Assembly (NCBI GenBank): GCA_030536685.1
Contig: JAUNPP010000003.1
Location: 706-64,705, forward strand
Length of the DNA: 64,000 bases
Direction: 5' to 3'
From: Lachnospiraceae bacterium
GTDB taxonomy: Bacteria > Bacillota > Clostridia > Lachnospirales > Lachnospiraceae
Below, in pieces: positions 1-7,687 of the stretch (its first letter is position 1; the number at the start of each line of letters is the position of its first letter). The position numbers were made by a program, and so were the translations under genes. The notes under the pieces were generated by a model, which did not search any database, was not told the DNA's origin, and saw only the letters and a program-made list of their open reading frames with translations.

Positions 1-893
1 TGAATAGTGTGATCAACCTGATCTATCATATGGAAAATCAGAAGCTTGATCGTTATCCTGGGGATTATGATAAGTTTCAGGAAGTTTATGCCATGAAAAA
101 GGCGCAGCTTCAGGCGGCTTATAATAAGCAGCAGCAGGAAATAGCGGATCTGAAGGATTTTGTAGCCAGAAATAAGGCAAGGGTTTCGACCAGAAACATG
201 GCGATGTCCCGTCAGAAAAAGCTGGATAAAATGGATAAGATCGAGCTGGCGCCTGAGCGGGTAAAGCCGGAGTTTCATTTTAAAGAGGCAAGAACTCCCG
301 GAAGATATATTTTCGAACTGCATGATCTGGTAATTGGCTATGAAAGTCCTCTTTCACAGCCGTTAAAGCTTTCGATGGAGCGGGGAGAGAAGATTGTGCT
401 GACCGGCGCAAATGGAATCGGTAAAACCACTCTGTTGAAAAGTATTTTGGGCCTGATTCCTGCCGTTTCCGGTTCAGCGGAGCTTGGAGATTATCTTGAA
501 ATCGGTTATTTTGAACAGGAAATGGATACTTCTGATACCGGAAGCTGTATCGATGAAATCTGGAAGGAGTTTCCAGGCTTTACTCAGTACGAGGTTCGTT
601 CTGCTCTTGCAAAATGCGGGCTTACAACGAAGCATATTGAAAGCCAGGTGCGTGTTTTAAGCGGCGGCGAGCAGGCAAAGGTTCGTCTGTGCAAGCTGAT
701 CAACCGCCCTTCCAATATATTAGTTCTCGACGAGCCGACCAACCACCTGGATGTGGATGCAAAGGAGGAACTGCGGCGTGCGCTGATGGCATATAAGGGC
801 AGTATTCTTATGGTATGTCATGAACCTGAATTTTATGAAGGACTTGCAACGGCGGTCTGGGATTGTTCAAAATGGTGTCTGAAAATTGTATAA
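1..893 (+). CDS. ABC-F family ATPase, C-terminal part (5' end lies upstream of the window)
   Basis: The frame is open to base 1. A K/R/Q-rich inter-domain linker is followed by the second NBD with Walker A GANGIGKTT, signature LSGGEQAKV and Walker B ILVLDEPTNHLD. No TM segments. Confidence 0.85.
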   Translation, partial: NSVINLIYHMENQKLDRYPGDYDKFQEVYAMKKAQLQAAYNKQQQEIADLKDFVARNKARVSTRNMAMSRQKKLDKMDKIELAPERVKPEFHFKEARTPGRYIFELHDLVIGYESPLSQPLKLSMERGEKIVLTGANGIGKTTLLKSILGLIPAVSGSAELGDYLEIGYFEQEMDTSDTGSCIDEIWKEFPGFTQYEVRSALAKCGLTTKHIESQVRVLSGGEQAKVRLCKLINRPSNILVLDEPTNHLDVDAKEELRRALMAYKGSILMVCHEPEFYEGLATAVWDCSKWCLKIV

Positions 894-977
894 CCCGCTG
901 CAGAGAAATTTGCCATCGGGAGAAATAGGATTTCGTTACTGTTGATGCTGCCGTTTGACAGCGGAATGGAGATTAAA

Positions 978-1331
978 ATGACAGATTTTATAAAAACAAA
1001 TAAAGGCAGATTGCTGATGCTGGTTGTTTATGCTGCAGCCGTGACAGCGTATGTATTGTTTCGGTTATCAGTCGGAGAGCAGCCGGTCAGTGAGGATATG
1101 AAAATGACAGTGACGATGGCTTCGGTATGTCTGAAGCTGCTTACTGCCTGTATTCTGGTTTATCTCGCAATGCTGATTCTTCGTGAATCACAGGATAGAG
1201 CGTGGGAAAAGAAACAGAACCCAACGAAAAAAACGCAGACGATATCAGGTACATTGCTGATGAACCTGATATCCTTTATCCTTGTAAGCGGAACCTATAT
1301 TATTTTGCGCCTGACAGGGATTTTTACATAA
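978..1331 (+). CDS. hypothetical small membrane protein
   Basis: ORF with 3 hydrophobic helices. GGAG lies 6 nt before the ATG at 978; the track start at 942 is TTG with no SD. I recognise no family. Confidence 0.45.
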   Translation: MTDFIKTNKGRLLMLVVYAAAVTAYVLFRLSVGEQPVSEDMKMTVTMASVCLKLLTACILVYLAMLILRESQDRAWEKKQNPTKKTQTISGTLLMNLISFILVSGTYIILRLTGIFT

Positions 1332-1338
1332 GAAAAAC

Positions 1339-1402
1339 AGAGCTGTCCCCGATGATATTCGAAAATGTGATTATGTTTTAGAATATCATCGGGGACAGCT
1401 GC
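1339..1402. terminator. bidirectional intrinsic terminator between convergent genes
   Basis: Perfect 22-bp inverted repeat CAGAGCTGTCCCCGATGATATTC ... GAATATCATCGGGGACAGCTG, with a 20-nt loop. Confidence 0.8.
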
Positions 1403-2575
1403 TTACCATAATTTAAATAATTTGATGATTTTGCAGAACAGCTTATATTTTGGGGTTTCCAGTTCAGCAGCGGCTTTCTTCAGCTCCTGCCGGATCTTTA
1501 TTCCCTGCGGACAGTGTTTTTCGCATTTGCCGCAGCCAATGCAGTTGGAGGCGCTGTGGGGCTGTTTGCGGAATGCCATGCATTGGAGGTATTCCTTCTG
1601 AGCGGTAGCAGGGTTATCGGTATAAATTTCATTATAACAGCGGAAAACACCGGGAATGTCTACGTGGTGCGGACAGGGCATACAATAACCGCAGCCGGTA
1701 CAGCCAACCTTGATTTTTCTGCTGATTTCTTCTTTTGCGGCTGAAATCAGCTGCTTTTCTTTTTCTGTAAGGCAGCCAACGGGCGAATTTCCGGCACAGG
1801 AAATATTTTCCTCGACCATTTTTATGGAATTCATACCGGAAAGAACAACTGTAACCTCGGGCTGATCCCAGAGCCAGCGCAGAGCAGTACCAGCGGGCGA
1901 GCAGTTTTCCTTCTGAAACATTTTTTTAGCAGCCTCGGGAAGCAGATTTACAAGGCGTCCGCCCCGCAGAGGCTCCATGATAATAACAGGAATTCCTTTG
2001 GAAGCGGCATATTGCAGTCCTTTTCGGCCCGCCTGGGTGTGTTCATCCATATAATTGTACTGAATCTGGCAGAAATCCCAGTCATAGGCGTCAATTAATT
2101 CCAGAAAATTTGCGGTGCTGCCGTGATAGGAAAAACCAATGTTTCGAATTTGGCCGCTGGCCAGTTTTTCCTGAATCCAATCATCAATCCCCATGGAGCA
2201 AAGCTTTTTCCAGGTAGGAAGATCGGTCAGCATATGCATCAGATAATAATCAATATGGTCGGTTTTCAGCCGTTTCAGTTCCTCCTGAAAGCAGCGTTCC
2301 ATGCCGGCCTTTGACTTTATCATATAGTGAGGCAGCTTTGTGGCAATGTAAACAGAATCGCGCAGATGATTGCGTTCCAGAATGGTACCGAGAGCAGCTT
2401 CGCTGCCATTATAAACATAAGCAGTATCAAAATAATTTACACCAGCACGAATTGCCGTAAGAATTTCTTTTTCAGTTTTTTTCAGGTCGATCTGTCCATG
2501 TTTTTTGCTGAAACGAAGACATCCGTAACCGAGAATAGACAGACGGTTTCCTTTTTTATCTGTACGATAGAGCAT
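1403..2575 (-). CDS. aldo/keto reductase fused to a C-terminal 2x[4Fe-4S] ferredoxin-like domain
   Basis: N-terminal AKR fold motifs (GYGCLRF, DTAYVYNGSE, HMLTD). C-terminal CTGCGYCMPCP and CIGCGKCEKHCP cluster motifs. Confidence 0.85.
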   Translation of the reverse strand: MLYRTDKKGNRLSILGYGCLRFSKKHGQIDLKKTEKEILTAIRAGVNYFDTAYVYNGSEAALGTILERNHLRDSVYIATKLPHYMIKSKAGMERCFQEELKRLKTDHIDYYLMHMLTDLPTWKKLCSMGIDDWIQEKLASGQIRNIGFSYHGSTANFLELIDAYDWDFCQIQYNYMDEHTQAGRKGLQYAASKGIPVIIMEPLRGGRLVNLLPEAAKKMFQKENCSPAGTALRWLWDQPEVTVVLSGMNSIKMVEENISCAGNSPVGCLTEKEKQLISAAKEEISRKIKVGCTGCGYCMPCPHHVDIPGVFRCYNEIYTDNPATAQKEYLQCMAFRKQPHSASNCIGCGKCEKHCPQGIKIRQELKKAAAELETPKYKLFCKIIKLFKLW

Positions 2576-2675
2576 AATATTCAGAATCCTTTCTACGAAT
2601 AATGATATCAGTATAACACAAAGTTATATGATTTTCAGAGAATCTTCTTTTTGTGCTGTAATGGTGAGGTGAATC

Positions 2676-2705
2676 TTGACAATTATAGCGGAACTGAAAT
2701 ATAAT
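2676..2705 (+). promoter_or_regulatory. sigma-A type promoter of the transglutaminase-like gene
   Basis: TTGACA (2676-2681), 18-nt spacer, TATAAT (2700-2705). Followed by a 20-bp stem 5' UTR hairpin at 2718-2771. Confidence 0.65.
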
Positions 2706-2808
2706 AAATTATCAAATGTGCAAAATGCCTCATCCAAGGGAATTGTTACTGTTGGATGAGGTATTTTTGCACAAGGAAATTCTGGAAATTATGAAACAGG
2801 AGGATGGT

Positions 2809-4377
2809 ATGAGAAGGAAACGTTTATTGAACGGTTTATTGAGCGGATTGCTGGTGTCTTGCATGGTGTTGAGCCTGGCGGCTGCGCCTGCAGCTCATTC
2901 GGATGCGGGAACTGCCAAAGCGGTGTCGGCGGATTCTGCGGCGGCAGCGAACTCTGAGAAAGCAGCGGACTCTGTGGCGGCGGCAGCAGAAATATTGCGG
3001 AATGCTATGAAAAACAGAGAAGAGAAAATTATTATTTCTTATACTGGAACGGGGCTCAGAGAGGAAGAGCTGATCGCTCAAATGAAAGAAAAGGCTTTTG
3101 CGCATACGGGACAGCCGACGGAGGGGGATTATCTGAAATTTCAGACAGGGGATTTGTCCTGCAGCACAGAGGCCTTTGAGGGAGGTTTGAGACTGACTTT
3201 TGGGGCATCTTATTTTACAACTCTGGAACAGGAGCAAGCTCTGGATGCAAAACTTGAAAAAGATATGGCAGGTATGATTTCAGGTGGCAGCAGTTATGAA
3301 CGGCTGAAAGCGATTTATGATTATATTTGTGATAATGTAGAGTATAATACAAATACCGGTGATGGCATTTCTTATCTTACCAGATGCAGCGCTTACGGCG
3401 CTTTGATGAAGGGAGGCAGCAATTGCCGCGGATATGCGCTCTTATTTTATCGTATGGCTCTGAAAGCGGGCGTTGATGTACGAATGATTACCGGAAGTGT
3501 TACGATGGACGGAAATAGCACTCCTCATGAATGGAATATCGCAAAAATCGGCAGTCTGTATTACAATGTGGATGCTAATTGGGAAGACAACATCGGCGGC
3601 AGCACCAAATGGTATTTTTATTTCCTGAAAGGTACCAATGGTATTTTTGAACATGGAGGAAATGCCGGAGGACAGAGTATACCTGCTCATGTTCGGGATG
3701 AAGCGTACAAATCTGCTTCTTTCCAGGCGGCATATCCGATGAGCAAAGAGGACTATAACGGAGATACGCCGGAAGAAACGAAGCATACTCACAGCTATGG
3801 AACACCGGTTTTTAAATGGAATGAAGATAACAGCAGATGTACAGCTGTTTTTACATGCAGCGGATGTGACAGCACGGAAAATGCTGACTGCAGGGTAAGC
3901 AGCAGGACAAATGAACCTACGGGAACAGCAGATGGAAAGACGGTTTATACAGCCACTGTAGAGTTTAATGGAAAAACATATACAGAGACAAAAGAAGTGG
4001 TACTTGCTTCAACCGGCACAACCGCAATGACAGAGTCTGCAACAGAGTCAGCAGCAAAACCCACAACGGAACATCCGGAAATTCCGGAAGGAACGGAATC
4101 TTCTGATGATTCTGGAAATTCGGGCGATTTGGAAAATTCCGGCTGGAATCAATGGTTTGGCAGTATTTTTGGCGGATTCTTTCCGAATAACAAACCCGGA
4201 GGCGGGAATGAAACAACGACTGCTGAAGCACAGAAACCAACTGCATCAACCGAAGCGCCCGGTGTAACGGAAACACCTGAGGAAACGGAGACAAGTGTTT
4301 CGCAGACAGAGAAGCCAGAAGAAACAGAGACTTCCTGGTTTGATCGTATTTTTGGCGGATGGTTTCATCGTAACTGA
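2809..4377 (+). CDS. secreted transglutaminase-like cysteine protease-fold protein
   Basis: AGGAGGA SD before the ATG at 2809. Signal-like N-terminus MRRKRLLNGLLSGLLVSCMVLSLAAAPA. Cys-His-Asp core (NCRGYALLFY ... PHEWN ... NVD). T/E/P-rich tail. Confidence 0.8.
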   Translation: MRRKRLLNGLLSGLLVSCMVLSLAAAPAAHSDAGTAKAVSADSAAAANSEKAADSVAAAAEILRNAMKNREEKIIISYTGTGLREEELIAQMKEKAFAHTGQPTEGDYLKFQTGDLSCSTEAFEGGLRLTFGASYFTTLEQEQALDAKLEKDMAGMISGGSSYERLKAIYDYICDNVEYNTNTGDGISYLTRCSAYGALMKGGSNCRGYALLFYRMALKAGVDVRMITGSVTMDGNSTPHEWNIAKIGSLYYNVDANWEDNIGGSTKWYFYFLKGTNGIFEHGGNAGGQSIPAHVRDEAYKSASFQAAYPMSKEDYNGDTPEETKHTHSYGTPVFKWNEDNSRCTAVFTCSGCDSTENADCRVSSRTNEPTGTADGKTVYTATVEFNGKTYTETKEVVLASTGTTAMTESATESAAKPTTEHPEIPEGTESSDDSGNSGDLENSGWNQWFGSIFGGFFPNNKPGGGNETTTAEAQKPTASTEAPGVTETPEETETSVSQTEKPEETETSWFDRIFGGWFHRN

Positions 4378-4679
4378 TGAATTGATTGAAAAAAAGAGAA
4401 AACAAAGGTAATTAAAAGACAATACAGGCTGCGGTGTGTAGGGAAAAATCTTATAAAAAAATGCTTAATAAATTTTAATTACTTTTTTCAGGAAATGTAA
4501 TTCCCAGTTTATGAACTTTATAAAATAAACAGAATTCGTTCACAAAATGTCCATATTTCTTCTGTATACTTTAGGGCAGATGAAGGAAATAAACAGACCG
4601 ATTTCCTCATCGATGCTGTGATGGGGACCACAGCATGACAAATAAGTTTTCTTTCTTTTTTCATAGTGAATCTTCTCTG

Positions 4680-4715
4680 AAAAATGCAGCTGAATCCGAC
4701 AGCTGCATTTTTTCT
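4680..4715 (+). terminator. intrinsic terminator
   Basis: 11-bp stem AAATGCAGCTG / CAGCTGCATTT, 7-nt loop, then a T6 run. Confidence 0.75.
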
Positions 4716-4947
4716 GTGTGCGTGATGTATAGAAGCTAGAGCATTATTGTATTTCAGAGTAAAAAATTAAGAGGCATGTGATAGGTTAAAACAATCTTGC
4801 AGTCATTCTTAAAGGATGTTACTATATAAAAAATCGCAGCAGTTCAGCTCTGAAGCGGAATTTACCTGAATTCATGATAACAGGTATTTACGAACTATTC
4901 AGGAAAGTCTTAAAAAAGCAGACAGATAACAGAAGGGATTACGTATT

Positions 4948-5124
4948 ATGGGAAATGAATGTGATTATTGCGTATATAACGTATACGATGATGAGGAAGA
5001 TACTTACTATTGTGATGTATATTTGGATGAAGATGATGCTGCGAAGCTGGCACAGAGGCAGTACAGCAGCTGTCCGTATTTTAAATCCGGTGATGAATAT
5101 GCCGTTGTGAAAAAACAGATGTAA
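4948..5124 (+). CDS. 58-aa very acidic Cys4, Tyr-rich mini-protein (absent from the ORF track, below its 60-aa cutoff)
   Basis: My own translation is MGNECDYCVYNVYDDEEDTYYCDVYLDEDDAAKLAQRQYSSCPYFKSGDEYAVVKKQM. It has a CxxC...C...C pattern and ends 15 nt before the GNAT gene. It resembles a small clostridial DUF family from memory (unverified). Confidence 0.6.
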   Translation: MGNECDYCVYNVYDDEEDTYYCDVYLDEDDAAKLAQRQYSSCPYFKSGDEYAVVKKQM

Positions 5125-5139
5125 CAGTGAGGAAACAGG

Positions 5140-5754
5140 ATGAGTATGAGTGCAGAAATTAATATGGAAGAAATGATGATCAGAAAGCAAAGTCTGGAGG
5201 AAATGAAAGAAATCTATGATGGTATGATGATTAGACATTTTCCGGAGGATGAGATAAAGCCTTTTCGTGTGATTGAAAAAGGATATCGGGAGGGACGTTA
5301 TATTTGTTATGGACTTTATGCAGACAGCGAACCTGGGAAGTGTCTTGCATACGCATGGATGTGCGATATTTTAGAAGAAAACTGGATTTTACTGGATTAT
5401 TATGCAGTTACAGAGTCTTTGCGTGGACAGGGAGTGGGAAGCTGGTTTTTAAAACAGATCTTATCCGGCAGTTATACTCAGGATATGCCCGTTATTATTG
5501 AAGTCGAAGACCCTGATTATGCGGCTGATGAAAAGGAAAAGGAAAAACAGCTGCGCCGGATTGATTTTTATTTAAGAAATGGTGTGCAGGAAACAGAAAT
5601 CAGAGCACAGGTTTTTCAGGTTCATTATAGTATCATGGTAGCTTTGGGACAGAAGGAGAGACAAACCTTTGAGGAAGAGAGTCTGAAGAATGCATATTTT
5701 GTATTTTATTCCCATGTTCCCGGGCATGTAAAGATTGGGACTGATATTGGATAA
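5140..5754 (+). CDS. GNAT family N-acetyltransferase
   Basis: Acetyl-CoA motif A: LRGQGVGSWFLKQIL. Size about 200 aa. GAGGAA SD. Confidence 0.8.
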   Translation: MSMSAEINMEEMMIRKQSLEEMKEIYDGMMIRHFPEDEIKPFRVIEKGYREGRYICYGLYADSEPGKCLAYAWMCDILEENWILLDYYAVTESLRGQGVGSWFLKQILSGSYTQDMPVIIEVEDPDYAADEKEKEKQLRRIDFYLRNGVQETEIRAQVFQVHYSIMVALGQKERQTFEEESLKNAYFVFYSHVPGHVKIGTDIG

Positions 5755-5803
5755 TATCTGCATGATTGACAGGAATGAACAGATTGTACTTGGAGGGATG
5801 GAT

Positions 5804-6079
5804 ATGGAGCAATATATGGATTCTGCAAATCTGCACAGAAGGCTGAGAAAGATTGCAGGTCAGGTGAATGCAATTGACAGGATGGTAGACGAGGATCTTC
5901 CCTGTGAGGATATTTTACTGCAGGTGAATGCGGCAAAGGCGGCATTGCATAAGGTGGGGCAGATCATGTTGGAAAAACATCTTGAACAGTGCATAAAAGG
6001 TGGAATGGAGCATGGCGATGCGGAACGGATTATTGCAGATTTTTCAAAGGCGGTAGAGCGTTTTTCAAATATTAAATGA
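5804..6079 (+). CDS. csoR: CsoR-family copper-sensing transcriptional repressor
   Basis: DUF156 core RLRKIAGQVNAIDRMV. The Cu(I) ligand spacing C-x25-H-x3-C is present (PCEDIL ... HLEQC). GGAGGG SD lies 6 nt before the ATG at 5804. Confidence 0.85.
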   Translation: MEQYMDSANLHRRLRKIAGQVNAIDRMVDEDLPCEDILLQVNAAKAALHKVGQIMLEKHLEQCIKGGMEHGDAERIIADFSKAVERFSNIK

Positions 6080-6090
6080 TTTGCAGAGGA

Positions 6091-6235
6091 GTTACTGTTC
6101 AGAGATTTCTGGACAGTAGAGGTGTTCAGGGGACGCAAGCTGTCTATGATACGAAGTCTGTCCGGGGCTAAGGGGTGCTTTCAGCACCAATACGCCCCTT
6201 GCAGACTTGCATCATAGACAGCTTGCTGGTTTTTG
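6091..6235. repeat. copy A of a dispersed rod-hairpin repeat of about 145 bp (REP/MITE-like)
   Basis: About 86 percent identical, by my own manual alignment, to the reverse complement of 22921-23056 plus 24812-24817. Long imperfect inverted repeat GCAAGCTGTCTATGATACGAAGTCTG ... CAGACTTGCATCATAGACAGCTTGC. Confidence 0.85.
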
Positions 6236-6253
6236 CAGCTCTTACTGTCATAA

Positions 6254-6300
6254 AATGCTGAACAGCTGCGGGAAGATAGACGCGTGAGTTTGACAAGTTT
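6254..6300. repeat. 46-bp tail module shared with 45853-45900
   Basis: TGCTGAACAGCTGCGGGAAGATAGACGCGTGAGTTTGACAAGTTTTA versus TTCTGAACAGCTGTGGGAGAATAGACGCATGAGTCTGACGATTTTTA, in the same orientation. Confidence 0.7.
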
Positions 6301-6408
6301 TATTCATTTTAACTATGGTTCGGGAACAACGCTAAACAAAACGGAGTGTGAATAGTAACACAGAGGAAAAGTAGAGGAAAAGATTAAATGATTTACAGAG
6401 AAAAAGAG

Positions 6409-6459
6409 TTGACAGTATATGGATGATGAAGTATCATATGCATATACCCCACGGGGGTA
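6409..6459 (+). promoter_or_regulatory. consensus-like promoter with overlapping CsoR-type operator
   Basis: TTGACA (6409-6414), 17-nt spacer, TATCAT (6432-6437). Then the palindrome TACCCC-ACG-GGGGTA (6445-6459), of the GC-rich CsoR operator type. Confidence 0.6.
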
Positions 6460-6504
6460 ATGAAAAAGCATGTTTCTTTTTTTCTGATATAGTTGTCTAA
6501 GCAA

Positions 6505-6538
6505 AATAGCCCGGTTTTGTACCGGGTTATTTTGTTTA
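6505..6538 (+). terminator. intrinsic terminator about 95 nt downstream of the CsoR-box promoter
   Basis: 11-bp stem AATAGCCCGGT / ACCGGGTTATT (one G:U pair), 5-nt loop, T-rich tail TTGTTTAT. Confidence 0.65.
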
Positions 6539-6637
6539 TGCGATGGAATGTTTGCACAATTGCGGGAATAGCGTGAAGGAAAATGGAGAGAGAAGCGCGG
6601 AAGAAAAAAATATAGATAAAAACCTGGAGGAAAAAGT

Positions 6638-7525
6638 GTGGAGGAACGATATCAAATAAAAATACGGAATTTAAATCTTGCAAGAATTGCTGATTCGGGC
6701 CAGTGTTTCCGCTGGAAGCGGATGGAGATGGAGACAGAAGCGGACGGAGGGGGAGATGTTTATGAGATTCCGGCATTTCATCGAAAGCTGAAGGTTATGC
6801 AGCAGGGAGAGGTATTCACCTTTTTTTGCGGGGAACGGGAATTTCATGAAATCTGGGAGAACTATCTGGATCTGAAAGAGCCGTATGACCGGTATCTGGC
6901 TTCTGTGGATGAAAATGATGATTTTCTGAAGCAGGCATCATTATTTGGGGGCGGAATTCGGATTCTGCGTCAGGAGCCGTGGGAGACGGCTGTGTCCTTT
7001 TTGATTTCACAGTGCAACAATATTCCGAGGATCAGGGGGTGTATTGAAAAGCTGTGTTATTATTTCGGAGATGAAAAGTATTATTTTCCCTCTGCAGAAC
7101 GCCTCGCCGGCCTGAAGGGCAATGAGCTGGAATGTTTTCGCAGCCGATGCAGTCTGGGATATCGGGATGAATACATTTTAAACCTGGCGCGCAGGGTAAC
7201 GGAGGGGAGCTTTAGCCTGGAAGAGTGCGGGAAGCTTTCTTACAAAGAGTGCACGGCAGAGCTTCGGAAGCTGCAGGGAGTGGGAGCGAAGGTGGCGGAT
7301 TGCATTGCACTATTTGGTTTTCATAAAATAGATGCTTTTCCGGTAGATGTGCATATTAAGCAGATTTTGTATGAACATTATTATGACCGGGAATTGGAAG
7401 CATTTTCAGGGAAAAAACAGGTCGAAATGATGGTGGAAAGACATTTTTCGCGATATTCAGGCTATCGAGGCATTGTGCAGCAGTGGATTTTCGCTTATGA
7501 ACTTTACAGAAAACTTTACAGTTGA
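6638..7525 (+). CDS. ogg: 8-oxoguanine DNA glycosylase (OGG1-type HhH-GPD)
   Basis: HhH-GPD motif LQGVGAKVADCIALFGFHKIDAFPVDVH with the catalytic Lys and Asp. GTG start 7 nt after GGAGG. Confidence 0.85.
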   Translation: MEERYQIKIRNLNLARIADSGQCFRWKRMEMETEADGGGDVYEIPAFHRKLKVMQQGEVFTFFCGEREFHEIWENYLDLKEPYDRYLASVDENDDFLKQASLFGGGIRILRQEPWETAVSFLISQCNNIPRIRGCIEKLCYYFGDEKYYFPSAERLAGLKGNELECFRSRCSLGYRDEYILNLARRVTEGSFSLEECGKLSYKECTAELRKLQGVGAKVADCIALFGFHKIDAFPVDVHIKQILYEHYYDRELEAFSGKKQVEMMVERHFSRYSGYRGIVQQWIFAYELYRKLYS

Positions 7526-7556
7526 ATTAACAGCAGAGAGGGAGTATACTTAAACG

Positions 7557-7644
7557 GACAGTCCTGGACACTGTTATATGCTGTTATATACTGTTATATA
7601 CTGTTATAAACAGACAGTCCTTGATACTGTTATACACTGTTATG
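7557..7644. repeat. nested tandem repeats (10 bp x4 CTGTTATATR inside a 22-bp direct repeat)
   Basis: CTGTTATA occurs at 7571, 7581, 7591, 7601, 7627 and 7637. GACAGTCCTGGACACTGTTATA (7557) is repeated as GACAGTCCTTGATACTGTTATA (7613). Confidence 0.9.
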
Positions 7645-7687
7645 AACGAATATATACGAAAGATTCATGAACGAAAGGAAAACTGTA

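Noticed and set aside
6393-6776. 127-aa minus-strand ORF spanning the csoR-ogg spacer.
   Set aside because: It crosses a plus-strand promoter, the CsoR-type operator, a terminator and the start of ogg. It has no SD and its composition is low-complexity.
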